A stretch of DNA of 64,000 bases from Candidatus Obscuribacterales bacterium (GTDB taxonomy: Bacteria > Cyanobacteriota > Vampirovibrionia > Obscuribacterales > Obscuribacteraceae). Below are positions 9,455 to 18,418 of the stretch, piece by piece. Under the pieces are notes generated by a model. That model was not told where the DNA came from. It ran no database searches and saw only the letters and a program-made list of their open reading frames with translations. The stretch covers positions 1-64,000 of the forward strand of contig CBDDIJ010000003.1 in assembly GCA_965228855.1 (NCBI GenBank), read 5' to 3'. Numbering within the stretch: position 1 is the first letter of the stretch; each line of letters begins with the position of its first letter. The position numbers were made by a program, and so were the translations under genes.

Positions 9455-12400
9455 ATGGCGCAGTTAGAAGGAAACAGCGGGAAAAAAGATGTATCGGCAA
9501 CAGGTTCGAAAGACCCTGTAACCGAAGCGTCTTCAACCGCCAATAATGCTTTCGCTCAGAATGAGGTCAAGGCGACCCCATCTATCAGCGACACGCCTCT
9601 GTTCCAAACCACGCTGAAACAGGAAGAGACCGCAGCTGCAAGTAAATTCGCCGAGTCGATTTGGAAACCGCTGAACACCGCGGAAAAGGATAAAGACAAA
9701 GACGAACTGCCTAGCCCGCAAGCCTTCGGAATCGCTGCGGCAGAGACCACACGAGCTGAGGTGAAACCTCAGGTTGAGGTTTCGAAGTCAACCGGGGCGC
9801 TTTTTAGAAGCGGTCATGGTGACAATGAGCAAGTTATTAACAAAGTAATCGCTGTCGAGACTGGTGATAAGCAAGCGATCAATAAAGTAATTGCCACCAA
9901 TGGTGGTGAGAAGGTCGTCTCTCAAGCTTTTGAAAAGATCCCGGTTGACGGTGGCAAAAAGGACATCGGACCAGCGACCACGCTCGGCGCTGTAGCTGAC
10001 TCCATAACCAGAGAAGCCACAGCCGGAAGCTCAGGTAAGCTCAAGGTAAACACTAGTGAGTTTTTGAAAGCAGGGTCGCAGGGATTGGCGCAGTCAGCCG
10101 AGTTCAGCCCCACCCCGCGAAACGACGTCAGGCCGCTCATAAAAACTGATGCGGTACCAAATCAGGTGCTGAATCAGAAAATCGATGCTGGTGATGCAGC
10201 TTCGCGTGCTCAACGAACTTTCTCACTGGATGCGACTCCGCCCGTGCGAGTCGAAGCAAATCCTGCTATTAAAACTACTCAAGTCTTCCAACCTCCGGAC
10301 AAAATTGTCACCGCTGGCGGTGGCTTTTTTGAGATCCCTGATTCAAAAGGTAAGCCAGCTGTCGAGATTGGTAAGGGCGTCGTAGAACTCGGAAAACCTC
10401 TCGGCGATATTAATAAGCCAACTGTTGAAATAAGTAAACCCGCTGTAGAATTAAGTAAACCCGCATACGGACTTCAAACCCAACCGTCCGTCTCAGGCGA
10501 TGTAACCGTCAGCGCGCAAAAGAACCTGGTTCCCACTTCTTATGACATGCCGCCGCGTTTGCAGTTTGATAAACCGGCAATTGTTCAATCCATTACCAAC
10601 AAACAAGAAATCAATGCTGTCAGGGAAGCGAGCAATGGTGGCGGAGTCGCCCAAAATGTTTCACTCGGCAAAGTCGCTGATTTCGGAACGAGCAAATCCG
10701 ACATCGTGACCAACCGGTCAGAGCCAATCTTTGTAAGCCGCGGAGCAGAATCGCTCGCTCCGGCTATTAAACAAAATGTCGGAACTGAAAATTTTGTCAA
10801 AGCCCCGGTCAATGAACTGAAGTCTTCGGGATTCGAGCCAAAATCGCAAATTGGTGATGGCGCTTCTTATGCGAAACAAGTCGAGCCGAATATAGTGAAG
10901 AGCGGAATCTCCGTCGAACAGAGCGCTCTCAAAGATTTGATTAAAGGCGGTTCCGCTGACGTCGGTTCCATCAATAACATTCAGACGCAACGTTTTGAGC
11001 CGGGTAAATCATACAATCCGCAGGCCGAAGGTCTCAAAGTCTATGACGGCAGCAAGTCCGCTGCTGCACTAGGTGTCAACCTGAAGCAGAACATCCCGGA
11101 AGGCGATTTTGGCAAGAAATTCGGCCTGGACGTAATGCCGACGTCCAAGTCGCTCGCCAACAATCTGCAAGAACCACCGCGTGGTTTCATTGATAGCGGA
11201 AGCGGTAAGCCTTCGATAATCTATCCGAAGCCTATCGAGGGCGGTCCGGTAAACTTCAAGGATCCTCAGATCGGATCGAAACCGGAAAGTATCAAACCAT
11301 TTACTACGGCACAGGATTTCGGATCGAATGGCGCAGGCAAAATTGTCGATGGCAGCCAGCTTGTCCCTTCCGGACCGGGCAAGTTCGACAAAGTGATTGG
11401 CGGTAATGAAATTAAACAACCGGGCGATGGCGTCAGCGGCATCATCGGTAAGCCCACCGTGCCAATCGGACAGATCGACGCCGGCTCGCTCAAGCCGTTG
11501 CCGAACTTGGAGATCGGCAAGAACCCCGGTGGTCACCTGGCTGATGGCGGCGAGAAATTGCTACAAACCAGACCGAATCAGCCGGGCACTTCGGGTGGAG
11601 ACGTTACGGCTAAACCTCCTCTTACGGATTCAATAAGTCGAACGCCACCAGCAACGGTGCCGGCGGACAACTTGAACAGACAGCAACCTGGAACTACCGA
11701 TATCGGTTCAAAACCCGCCACGCCTTCCGATGGTTCGTCCTTTAAACCATCTACGCCGGCTGATGGATCCAGTGTAAAACCAGGTGTAGTAGTCAATCCT
11801 ATCGACGGAAGTATCAAGCCGGTCAGCCCCGTGAATCCGTTAAACCCCGGGGCCAATGTCCCGGAAACGAAGTTGCCGGAACCCAAGGTGTCCGCCCCGA
11901 ATGTTGAAGTACCGAAAACCGGTATCAACGCTGATCTCCCCCGGACGGCTACTGTCCCAGCGGATCTAAGACAGGCTCCGGTAACTCCTAAGCTCGACAC
12001 ATCGGCTCCTAAGGGGCCCGTCACCATTGGCGATACTATCAAGACTCCGGCGACTGCCGTCGATTCGTCAAAAGTTCCTGCAGGCGTTGATGCTGGCAAA
12101 ACTCCGGCGACAGTGAAGGATAGCCCTAAAACACCGGTCACCGCAGGTGATGCCAGCGTCCCGAAAACAGCAGTTAAGGCGGCCGATGCAACGACCGTTT
12201 CCGACCTGACGGGCAAGCCCTCCGGCCGGACAACTGCAGTCGATCCTGTCACCGCTTTTGAACAATCAACACAGCGCGTGCGCCAACTCAGCGATGCTCG
12301 CTTCGATGCAGGAATGCGAAGTGGACCGCTTGAATCGGTTTTGAACGGCCGAGTTACCCAAGTGAGAGACTTGGGAACCGATGGCGCCGGACGGTTCAGC

Positions 12401-14071
12401 GCCATCGATGGTGCTAAGAATGCAAATGGCGCTCGGCTCGATTTTGATGTACGGGCCGAGGGCGCAAGAAATTCCGGCACCAACCGTGGTATCACCGCTG
12501 ACGGTTCGGCAGCTCGCCGGGCTGTTGAAACTGTGGCATCCGGCAGAGAGCCTCAGCTTACCTCTTTCGAGCCGCAAGGCAAGAGCATCTCCAGCAAGTT
12601 CGATCCGGCCGGCAATCGCGTCGCTGAAGTTCGAGATCCGCAAGGTCGCGTTGATGCGACAAATCCAACGGCCGGAATTGGTCGCATACCACTCTCCGGC
12701 AGCGTGAAAGTCGCCGATTTCCAGCCTGGCAGTGCGGCACAGTCAGTAGACGGTAGAGTCGTTGGTGATGTCGGCAAACTTCCGGGCGTTCGAGGTTTTG
12801 GCCAGGTCGGCGACGGCAAGAGCTTTGTTTCGCACGGCGAAATCAGAGCGCCGCGCGGCGAATCACATCGCTACATAACCGGCTTGGAATTGGCTCTGAT
12901 TCTTTCTATCGCTGGCATCGCGAAGATCCGACATGATGCTCGCAGTGGTGCCGCCAGAATGGAAGGACGAACATGGTCCATAACTCGGCAGAACGGTCGT
13001 CCGCTCATTTACATCGATGGTCGCCAGAATCCTCTGCAACCGCAGCGCGCCTTCGGCAAAGGTGATGGTTCCTTCCGGATCATGATTTCTACCACAGGCG
13101 ATCAAGCTGCGAAACTTTCGACTCGCACCATGCGAACAACTGATATCGCTCAGACCAAGACAGTTGATGCCGCCGGCAAAAATGCGCTCAATCTCGGTCT
13201 GCTGGGCAAATATCACTACCTCAACTACTTCGGCAAGAACATGCCGTCTATGAACTATTACGGACAATTCCGTTCCACCAGCTACACAGGCAGCATGGGA
13301 TTAGCATTTGTGATGGCTGCTTCCGGTATGACTCGTCCGGCAGGCGGAATGGAAACTATACAGGGTATGGAAAGGCTCAATCCGGTCACGATGGGGCCTG
13401 CCGACAGAATCAGAATGCAAAATCAAAGTTTGCTGACTCAGTTCGGCAAATTCAATCTGGATGCGGCACTGAGCTCGTCTGCCAACGGGCGAGATATCCG
13501 CGAGAAAGAAGGCAAAGACGAGAAGCAAGACAATTCGTTTTCAGTTCTCGACGATTATCAGGATTTCTTGAATCGCCTGGATGGTTTTTCCAAGAGGAAA
13601 GAGGAAACCGAAGACGAAGCGGCGGTCATCAATAGAAGGCTTTCGTTCGGTGTCGAAGAACTGTACGATGAAACAAAAGATGATGACAAAGCCGAAAACA
13701 TCATCGAAAAAGATGATACCAATGGCAATGCGCTGTCTCAAGTCCTTCGTCGTCCGAAATGGGTTATTCAGGCTGGAGAGACCCTGGATGGCCTTGCAGA
13801 GCGCTTCTTCGCGAATGCCGATCTGGGCTGGCTGATCGCTGATTTGAACCGTGCACTCGTCCGTGAAACATACATCGACAACAAGAGAATCGTAGAATTG
13901 CAAAGCCGACTCGAGATCGAACTTCCTGTCTGGCAGGACATTCAAAAATTCAATCAAAACAGAAAGAAAAACTGGACTGCCGAAAATCTGGTTACGATTG
14001 TCGTCGAGCGTCAAATAGATCTTGAAGTTGTAGAGTCTACTCTGGCAAAAGTGGTTGGTGCCGAAGCGTAG
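9455..14071 (+). CDS. Giant (1538 aa) low-complexity protein with a C-terminal LysM-like domain
   Basis: 4.6-kb ORF; P/K/G/S-rich repeats; hydrophobic segment RYITGLELALILSIAGIAKIR; C-terminal WVIQAGETLDGLAERFFANADLGWLIADLN. Confidence 0.8.
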   Translation: MAQLEGNSGKKDVSATGSKDPVTEASSTANNAFAQNEVKATPSISDTPLFQTTLKQEETAAASKFAESIWKPLNTAEKDKDKDELPSPQAFGIAAAETTRAEVKPQVEVSKSTGALFRSGHGDNEQVINKVIAVETGDKQAINKVIATNGGEKVVSQAFEKIPVDGGKKDIGPATTLGAVADSITREATAGSSGKLKVNTSEFLKAGSQGLAQSAEFSPTPRNDVRPLIKTDAVPNQVLNQKIDAGDAASRAQRTFSLDATPPVRVEANPAIKTTQVFQPPDKIVTAGGGFFEIPDSKGKPAVEIGKGVVELGKPLGDINKPTVEISKPAVELSKPAYGLQTQPSVSGDVTVSAQKNLVPTSYDMPPRLQFDKPAIVQSITNKQEINAVREASNGGGVAQNVSLGKVADFGTSKSDIVTNRSEPIFVSRGAESLAPAIKQNVGTENFVKAPVNELKSSGFEPKSQIGDGASYAKQVEPNIVKSGISVEQSALKDLIKGGSADVGSINNIQTQRFEPGKSYNPQAEGLKVYDGSKSAAALGVNLKQNIPEGDFGKKFGLDVMPTSKSLANNLQEPPRGFIDSGSGKPSIIYPKPIEGGPVNFKDPQIGSKPESIKPFTTAQDFGSNGAGKIVDGSQLVPSGPGKFDKVIGGNEIKQPGDGVSGIIGKPTVPIGQIDAGSLKPLPNLEIGKNPGGHLADGGEKLLQTRPNQPGTSGGDVTAKPPLTDSISRTPPATVPADNLNRQQPGTTDIGSKPATPSDGSSFKPSTPADGSSVKPGVVVNPIDGSIKPVSPVNPLNPGANVPETKLPEPKVSAPNVEVPKTGINADLPRTATVPADLRQAPVTPKLDTSAPKGPVTIGDTIKTPATAVDSSKVPAGVDAGKTPATVKDSPKTPVTAGDASVPKTAVKAADATTVSDLTGKPSGRTTAVDPVTAFEQSTQRVRQLSDARFDAGMRSGPLESVLNGRVTQVRDLGTDGAGRFSAIDGAKNANGARLDFDVRAEGARNSGTNRGITADGSAARRAVETVASGREPQLTSFEPQGKSISSKFDPAGNRVAEVRDPQGRVDATNPTAGIGRIPLSGSVKVADFQPGSAAQSVDGRVVGDVGKLPGVRGFGQVGDGKSFVSHGEIRAPRGESHRYITGLELALILSIAGIAKIRHDARSGAARMEGRTWSITRQNGRPLIYIDGRQNPLQPQRAFGKGDGSFRIMISTTGDQAAKLSTRTMRTTDIAQTKTVDAAGKNALNLGLLGKYHYLNYFGKNMPSMNYYGQFRSTSYTGSMGLAFVMAASGMTRPAGGMETIQGMERLNPVTMGPADRIRMQNQSLLTQFGKFNLDAALSSSANGRDIREKEGKDEKQDNSFSVLDDYQDFLNRLDGFSKRKEETEDEAAVINRRLSFGVEELYDETKDDDKAENIIEKDDTNGNALSQVLRRPKWVIQAGETLDGLAERFFANADLGWLIADLNRALVRETYIDNKRIVELQSRLEIELPVWQDIQKFNQNRKKNWTAENLVTIVVERQIDLEVVESTLAKVVGAEA
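10352..10465 (+). repeat. Degenerate 21-nt (7-aa) tandem repeat in the giant gene
   Basis: KPAVEIG/KGVVELG/KPLGDIN/KPTVEIS/KPAVELS/KPA. Confidence 0.75.
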
Positions 14072-14085
14072 ACTGACGCTTCGAG

Positions 14086-14838
14086 TTATGCAGAATGTTT
14101 TTTAAACGAATACTGTTTTTCCAGCCACTGATCGAGATTGCCGTCTAACTCGAGAATATCTTCGGGTGCAATGATGCCTAGCCGAAATGCCTCGAGAACA
14201 ATTCGCACACGCGTGTTGTAAACTTCAAGCCCGGCGGTTTCCTTCAAGTGCGCATCGACACCTTTGACCAGCTTGACCGACAGAGAATAGATTCGGTTTT
14301 GAGCACCACGCACGCTAATGTGATGTCGTGTTGCGATCGCGCGATCGGTTAGTCCCAGAGCCAGATCCAGCAAGATGAAGTACTCACTGTCGGTGATGTC
14401 GCCCCAGGTTTTTTCAATGGTCTTTTGCACACCACGCACTATTGGATCGATGTACGGATTGTCGTGCACCAGAATTGATTCGAGCGCATATTTCAATTTA
14501 TCGTCGGCTTCGCTCTTGAGGGCATAACCGTGAATAGCCTCATCAGGAACGATTTTTCCTAGTTCGCGAACGAAAGATTCGCGATGGAATTGTGACCAGA
14601 AAAGAATTTTCGTAGTGGATACTTGAGACCAGATTTCTTTGGCGGCCTTGATACCATTGACGTCCGGCATCACGATATCCATGATGATCATGTCCGGTTT
14701 AAGTTGCGGCCAGACCGCAAGCGCCTCTTTCCCATTGGCTGCTTCCGTGATTTGAACATCGGGATCGATGCCGCGAAGCAATTCACTGGCGTGTTTTCGC
14801 AAAGCTGGTAAGTCGTCCACAATCAAAACTTTGTACAT
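14086..14838 (-). CDS. Response regulator (REC plus LuxR/NarL-like HTH)
   Basis: VLIVDD, IMDIVMPDVNG, GYALKS; C-terminal LALGLTDRAIATRHHISVRGAQNRI. Confidence 0.9.
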   Translation of the reverse strand: MYKVLIVDDLPALRKHASELLRGIDPDVQITEAANGKEALAVWPQLKPDMIIMDIVMPDVNGIKAAKEIWSQVSTTKILFWSQFHRESFVRELGKIVPDEAIHGYALKSEADDKLKYALESILVHDNPYIDPIVRGVQKTIEKTWGDITDSEYFILLDLALGLTDRAIATRHHISVRGAQNRIYSLSVKLVKGVDAHLKETAGLEVYNTRVRIVLEAFRLGIIAPEDILELDGNLDQWLEKQYSFKKHSA

Positions 14839-14883
14839 TGAAACACCAAAAGATCGACGACAGAAGTACTATACAACATTGGA

Positions 14884-15098
14884 TCGGGAGTCGAAACGTG
14901 CGTCTGAGAAGTCCCGAAATGGACAACACAACTGGGGTAAGCCAGTTGTGCTGTGGGCCGGGGAGTTGTTAGGGATCCTTTTGACACTGTCTGAAAGTTG
15001 ACCTCGAGGGAGCGGAGTGGAAGACTTTGATGTTTAGTACGTTGGCTAAAGGGGCTAGTCTTGTTCTTCCGTTTTCCGCTCCCCTGTGTCGGCACCCT
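14884..15098. ncRNA. Candidate structured RNA in a divergent intergenic region (family not recognised)
   Basis: Nested stems GACAC/GTGTC, GGGAGCGGA/TCCGCTCCC, GGAAGA/TCTTCC and TTTAG/CTAAA, plus a 13-bp hairpin at 14923-14954. Confidence 0.45.
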
Positions 15099-15287
15099 AT
15101 GCATACATAATAGAATTCAAGTCCTTTGCAAGCGATGGACTTTTGCGTAAAGTCCTTTGCGTAAAAGCGCAAAACCCCGAAAAATCCAGGTCTGTATATA
15201 TAGTCTTGGAACCTCTTGGTAGTTGTCTCGTCATGCGCACCAGGGTAAATTTGTAGATGGACCCTAGTAGCTAAGGAGTTTGTTCTG

Positions 15288-15809
15288 ATGCGTAAATCTG
15301 TTCAGTCAACTAAACAGAAGCGATCTTTGACCTTAATAGCGGGCGCCATGCTGTTCAGTTTTCTTACCAGCTGCGGAACCGGTCAAAAGGCATTTTCTGC
15401 GCAAGAAACTGGTGCGTCCGGCAGCGCTCCCTCGCAAACTCAGGCGCCGGCTAGCGAATCCATGGTGTTTCGCACGGAGACCAAAGAGGAGCGCAAAAAA
15501 GCTCTCAACATGAATCAACTTCACCGTCTCGACTTCCGCGTGACAGGTAGTAGCTGCGCCGCGTGCCTGGGACGAATTCGCAAGCGCATAGACAAAGTAA
15601 AAGGCGTTTACGAAGTGGCCGTGGCAATTAAACCTCCATACGGAGTCGCTGTCATTTATGACAGCACTAAAACCAATATGGATAAACTGCTGGACGCGGC
15701 AAAGAAGGACGAGAAGCTCGAGATTCAGTTTCACGACATGAAAGACGGAAAAATTGAATCTCTTCCTCTGATTCTAGTGCCGGTTTACTCCAGTCTAAAA
15801 CGTGATTAG
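15288..15809 (+). CDS. Putative lipoprotein with a heavy-metal-associated (HMA) domain
   Basis: Lipobox-like FLTSC; VTGSSCAACLGRI CxxC motif in an HMA-like fold. Confidence 0.8.
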   Translation: MRKSVQSTKQKRSLTLIAGAMLFSFLTSCGTGQKAFSAQETGASGSAPSQTQAPASESMVFRTETKEERKKALNMNQLHRLDFRVTGSSCAACLGRIRKRIDKVKGVYEVAVAIKPPYGVAVIYDSTKTNMDKLLDAAKKDEKLEIQFHDMKDGKIESLPLILVPVYSSLKRD

Positions 15810-15856
15810 CAGATGTTTTCCTCGAGTCAATTGCTTAATTAATCACGGTGGGAAAC

Positions 15857-15894
15857 AAAAAGCGCGGCTGTTTATAAACGGTCGCGCTTTAAAA
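15857..15894. terminator. Bidirectional terminator between convergent genes
   Basis: AAAGCGCGGCTGTT...AACGGTCGCGCTTT hairpin flanked by A/T runs. Confidence 0.65.
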
Positions 15895-15915
15895 TTGCTC
15901 GGTCAATCAGCCTTC

Positions 15916-16338
15916 TTAAGGTGACAGAACTCCGACTAACGGTTCACTTGCTTCTGCGACAAACTGCTGCGAAGCAGCGCCAACAAAGGGGATATAAACC
16001 GGGAATGTGAAAGTCGATCTGGTTTCGACCCGCACCACTCCTGGTGATGGATTGGACCATGAATTGCTGTCCACGTGCAACAACGGATTGTTGAATCTGG
16101 CAATGACGCCGTTGATGTCCGTTTGAGTCTTGCCGGGAAATCTCGTCTCATCTACTTCGGCAGCCGCTCTCGCGCAGTCTTTAGCGAGGGCATCGTGAGA
16201 CATTTGTGCCAACACCATAGCAACTACATCCACGAGAAAAAGTACTACAGGTATCAAAATGAATAGACCGACAACTGTTTCAATCAGCGCTCCGCCTATT
16301 GTGTTGCGTCGATTACGTCGGTTTCTGGTCATGTACAT
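15916..16338 (-). CDS. TadE-like Flp/Tad pseudopilin
   Basis: Basic leader, then G|GALIE (Glu+5) and a hydrophobic helix; ARAAA motif. Confidence 0.75.
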   Translation of the reverse strand: MYMTRNRRNRRNTIGGALIETVVGLFILIPVVLFLVDVVAMVLAQMSHDALAKDCARAAAEVDETRFPGKTQTDINGVIARFNNPLLHVDSNSWSNPSPGVVRVETRSTFTFPVYIPFVGAASQQFVAEASEPLVGVLSP

Positions 16339-16417
16339 TTGCCCAACCTCACAGGTCTCTAAATTCAGGGTCGGCTCAGCCGATCGGGGTAAAGGGGGAT
16401 TCCGTTATTTTTCGATT

Positions 16418-16927
16418 TTATTGCTCTACATCAGCTTCTTCAATGGGCCGTTCCGAACGATACGTGAACTCCCAGGGCTGAATGGGAATCAGCGGAATTT
16501 GCAGTAACGGAGAAATTCTCACTTTGGTGACTACGCAAACGAAGTCGTCCAGTTCGACCGGTTGTCTGGGTCCGCCGTTGGGACCGGGAGTGAGGTCGAG
16601 GTCTGTATCGACGTTGTAGCGGATTGTCGAGATGCTTGAACCATCTGGTGGACCGCCGTTTGCGATCATCGTGGCGCCAGCGAATTGCGGTAGACCGGAG
16701 GCGTTCCATGCGGCTAGCTGCGCGTCGAGAGCTTGTTGAAGATTGGCTTTCTGAGCTACCGCGGCTGCGCGAACCGACATGAAGTTCAGATACCAGCCGC
16801 AACAGAAACCAAAACCGACGTAAATCATCACGAGCATCGGAATCAAGATGGCAATAATCAGAATGAAGATCGCCGGACCGAATTCAGCTATCTGATTGCC
16901 TTTTCTGTTGCGTCGAAGTTTTGTCAT
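16418..16927 (-). CDS. TadE-like Flp/Tad pseudopilin
   Basis: RRNRKG|NQIAEF (Glu+5), hydrophobic helix, VRAAA motif. Confidence 0.75.
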   Translation of the reverse strand: MTKLRRNRKGNQIAEFGPAIFILIIAILIPMLVMIYVGFGFCCGWYLNFMSVRAAAVAQKANLQQALDAQLAAWNASGLPQFAGATMIANGGPPDGSSISTIRYNVDTDLDLTPGPNGGPRQPVELDDFVCVVTKVRISPLLQIPLIPIQPWEFTYRSERPIEEADVEQ

Positions 16928-17175
16928 TTACTCCCCATCCTCTAACCGGTCGATCGCGTGTCCACAACCCGGAAAGGTGCTGTAAACATTGGTCAAAGAT
17001 TACCGCGAGCAACTATTCCGCCATTTCAGATGTGCCCAGTTATGTATACTTTTGCATAAGCTTGCCAAGTGGTTTAACATAAAACGTGTCTAATCTTCTG
17101 CTTCTGTGTAGTTGATAGACAACGTCTGCCAGGAATCTCTGTTTAATATTACATGGTGGTGGCGCAGGGTTATCA

Positions 17176-18417
17176 ATGAAGAAACCAAAAAGTTTGAAAT
17201 TGTCCGCTTTTGTTGCAGCAGTCGTGATTGGCGCTGTAGGTGCGAGTTCCGCTCTGGCTGCGGATATATCGGCAATTGTCGACAAAGCTCAGGTTGAACT
17301 CGCGACCGATAAAGTGTCCGAAAAGACCATGAATGAGTTGCAAGCAGCAGTGCAGACGGATCCAACAAACTCCAGGGGGCATCTGACACTGGGACTGATT
17401 CTCGACCAGCTCGGCTTAACCGATCCGGCAGCAGAACAGTTTGCGTTAGCCGTCAAATACGGTGCCAACGATCAGCAGGCTCTGGTTAATTTGTGTAAGA
17501 CCGAAATCAAGGCCGGTCGTATTCAGCCAGCGATTGCTTTGTTGAACGAGGGGCTGAAAAAGTTTCCAAACAACGCCGATATGTTGTATCTCGTCGGTGA
17601 CTATCTATTTCACAGCAAGAGCGTTGGCGACGCTCGTATGGTGCTTGAGCGAGCTTATCGAACAGATCCGAACATTTTTGGCTTACCAACTGCCTATGCA
17701 AATGCTCTGATTGAGACTAATCCGATGCGGGCGGTTCAACTCGCGACCAAGGACCTGGAGAAGAAACCGGATTTCGATCGCGGCAGATATGTGCGCGGTT
17801 TCGCATATAGAGCCCTGGGACGTCAACTGGACGCTGCCAAAGACCTGCAAATCGTCTTCGATAAACAGCCCATGTTGCCTAACGTGAGCGGGGCGCTCGC
17901 CAACTGTTATTACTGGCTGGGAGAATACGAAAAAGCGCTCAAACCAGCAGTATATTTGAGCGCCGCTACTTCTTTCGAAGATGATAAGAGCGGCTCTCTT
18001 CCTTTGCTCGTGAAGGTTATGCGTAAAGTTCCAAGAGCCAAGCTTCCTGAATTGATGACCAAGATTGACGCTGAGTTGATTTATAAACAACTGGCCCGTC
18101 CCGAACTTTATTACGTGCTTGGAAAAGCCTATGATCAGCTAGATATGCCAAACGCGGCTATGCGCTCATACCAGCGGAGCGTTAACCTGAACCCTCAACT
18201 CGCTCGTGCCTATTACCGCATGGCAGTCGACCAGGAAATTTATCTGCGCGACTATAATGCCGCGCTGGAAAATTATCAGCGCGCCTACAACCTGCGTCCA
18301 TGGGACGAAGAAGTGACGGTCTCGTACATGCGATTACAGGACCGATTGCATAATCGTAATGCGGATATTGCCTGGAAGTGGAAAGACTGGTTGAACAAAG
18401 TGTTCAATGTAAATTAA
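17176..18417 (+). CDS. Secreted tetratricopeptide-repeat protein
   Basis: Signal peptide and TPR motifs (GHLTLGLIL, YYVLGKAY). Confidence 0.85.
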   Translation: MKKPKSLKLSAFVAAVVIGAVGASSALAADISAIVDKAQVELATDKVSEKTMNELQAAVQTDPTNSRGHLTLGLILDQLGLTDPAAEQFALAVKYGANDQQALVNLCKTEIKAGRIQPAIALLNEGLKKFPNNADMLYLVGDYLFHSKSVGDARMVLERAYRTDPNIFGLPTAYANALIETNPMRAVQLATKDLEKKPDFDRGRYVRGFAYRALGRQLDAAKDLQIVFDKQPMLPNVSGALANCYYWLGEYEKALKPAVYLSAATSFEDDKSGSLPLLVKVMRKVPRAKLPELMTKIDAELIYKQLARPELYYVLGKAYDQLDMPNAAMRSYQRSVNLNPQLARAYYRMAVDQEIYLRDYNAALENYQRAYNLRPWDEEVTVSYMRLQDRLHNRNADIAWKWKDWLNKVFNVN

Positions 18418-18418
18418 G

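Noticed and set aside
11578..12495. 305-aa minus-strand ORF inside the giant gene
   Set aside because: In-register antisense shadow of low-complexity coding sequence.
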